A DNA stretch of 61,387 nucleotides from a virus. Taxonomy: Duplodnaviria; Caudoviricetes. Shown here one piece after another: positions 60,497 to 61,387 of this stretch (its first letter is position 1; every line of letters starts with the position of its first letter). The stretch is taken from IMG/VR virus record IMGVR_UViG_3300027721_000016, positions 1 through 61,387 of that record, one strand, 5' to 3'. The position numbers were made by a program, and so were the translations under genes. Below the pieces are notes generated by a model. The model made no database searches, was not told the DNA's origin, and saw only the letters and a program-made list of their open reading frames with translations.

Positions 60497-60850
60497 ATGA
60501 TGAAACACTCTAAGAAGTCTAAAGGGGCCGCCATCTTGGAGCCCGATATACAGGCCCCAAATGTATTCGATAACGTAGATAAAATGATATCAGAAATCAC
60601 TGAGGAAAAACTTGAGCCCGAAGAGGTTGGCATTAAGATCTATGTCTTCCTGCCCAAACATAGCAAATCTGCCAGGAAGCTTGCCGCAAAGCAGTTTTCC
60701 GAAGGCATATCAGAGAAAGGCACTATCAAGCTACCCGACGGGCAGACGATCAAGTTTGGCGGAACCTGCAAGACCGAAATGAGGCCGGAACTGAAGGCCA
60801 TGCTTAGAGATGGTGTCTTTCTGGCGGGCAAAGCGCCTCGGAAATCTTAG
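60497..60850 (+). CDS. Hypothetical protein
   Basis: 117-aa ORF with SD gagga. Confidence 0.55.
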   Translation: MMKHSKKSKGAAILEPDIQAPNVFDNVDKMISEITEEKLEPEEVGIKIYVFLPKHSKSARKLAAKQFSEGISEKGTIKLPDGQTIKFGGTCKTEMRPELKAMLRDGVFLAGKAPRKS

Positions 60851-60912
60851 CTTTTGAACAATACTCTGTCGTTGCAAAGCGATGTTAGAGAAATCTAATG
60901 GAGTTGATATTG

Positions 60913-61387
60913 ATGAGTAAAACATGGAAAACGATAGCACAAGAATTTAAGGGCCTCATAGGCGAAGTCCAAGCCACCCCGACCAGCAACACTCTTTTAG
61001 CGCGGCTAAAAGACGCGGTGACACATCTCGCCACATTGGCGGGGGCGATATCGGCTGGCAAGATGCAGGCAGATTTGCCATCTGGTGCCGCGTCTGCAAC
61101 AAACCAGACTGATATCATCAAGGTGGAAGATGCCGCTCATGTGTCGGGCGATAAAGGGGTCATGGCGCTTGGTGTCCGGTCGGATGCTGCCACACCGTTA
61201 GCATCTGCTGGGGATTATCACCCATTTCTTTTCGACGCGAATGGCGCTGCCTGGGTACAGCTCGCGGGTGTCTTATCGCACTTGCTAGATTCGATAGACG
61301 TTGCCAAGATGAGCAAAGGCGCGGTCACCACCGCGCATTCCGCAATAACCGCCACGGCCACCAGCGCAGAAATCGATTGCCGAGGAT
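60913..61387 (+). CDS. N-terminal part of a ~243-aa putative virion protein that spans the contig junction (continues to 386)
   Basis: ATG at 60913 (MSKTWKTIAQEFKG...) is open and in frame with ...LSHLLDSIDVAKM of ORF 24..386. Confidence 0.8.
   Translation, partial: MSKTWKTIAQEFKGLIGEVQATPTSNTLLARLKDAVTHLATLAGAISAGKMQADLPSGAASATNQTDIIKVEDAAHVSGDKGVMALGVRSDAATPLASAGDYHPFLFDANGAAWVQLAGVLSHLLDSIDVAKMSKGAVTTAHSAITATATSAEIDCRG
61262..61387 (+). repeat. 126-bp terminal direct repeat, right copy
   Basis: Identical to 4-129. Confidence 0.97.

Larger units (their letters stand above)
1..61387. mobile_element. Complete tailed archaeal virus genome (Caudoviricetes, siphovirus-like), circularly permuted assembly
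   Basis: Terminal direct repeat; TerL, portal, MCP, tail tube and tape measure genes; archaeal PCNA; TATA/BRE promoters; no tail sheath recognised. Confidence 0.93.

Noticed and set aside
1-61387. Integrase/att site, diversity-generating retroelement, TIGR-Tas array, DNA polymerase
   Set aside because: No recombinase, reverse transcriptase, Nop-domain or polymerase motifs, and no TR/VR pair or periodic array, were recognised by eye

Overview
The window is an apparently complete, circularly permuted genome (~61.26 kb) of a tailed archaeal virus (Caudoviricetes, siphovirus-like). Bases 4-129 repeat exactly at 61262-61387, and one ORF reads through the junction. An archaeal host is indicated by a PCNA, an ERCC4 nuclease, BRE/TATA promoters with leaderless starts, and RHH/AbrB regulators; a methanogen of the Methanomicrobia type is an inference from the PCNA sequence. 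The late module is TerS, TerL, portal, HNH, adaptors, protease, MCP, then tail tube, chaperones, tape measure and tail tip, with a putative lysis cassette (holin-like proteins plus a metacaspase). The replication module is a prim-pol and a P-loop helicase containing an internal GTAAG/CTTAC iteron origin, plus a Bet/RecT annealase. The main highlight is a ~12 kb leftward gene run with an array-less type IV-B-like CRISPR-Cas effector (csf1, cas11, csf2, csf3, cysH-like). It is interleaved with an IbrB/ParB + IbrA/PAPS-reductase pair, a degenerate SNF2-like protein and a glycosyltransferase, and lies downstream of a helicase-MTase fusion, a TGT/DpdA-like protein, QueD and PCNA. Several structured non-coding RNA candidates also appear: a multibranched RNA next to an Sm/Hfq-like gene, a hairpin array before TerS, and two C4-like three-way-junction leaders. 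No integrase, DNA polymerase, CRISPR array or tRNA was recognised. All calls come from motif recognition by eye, not database searches.
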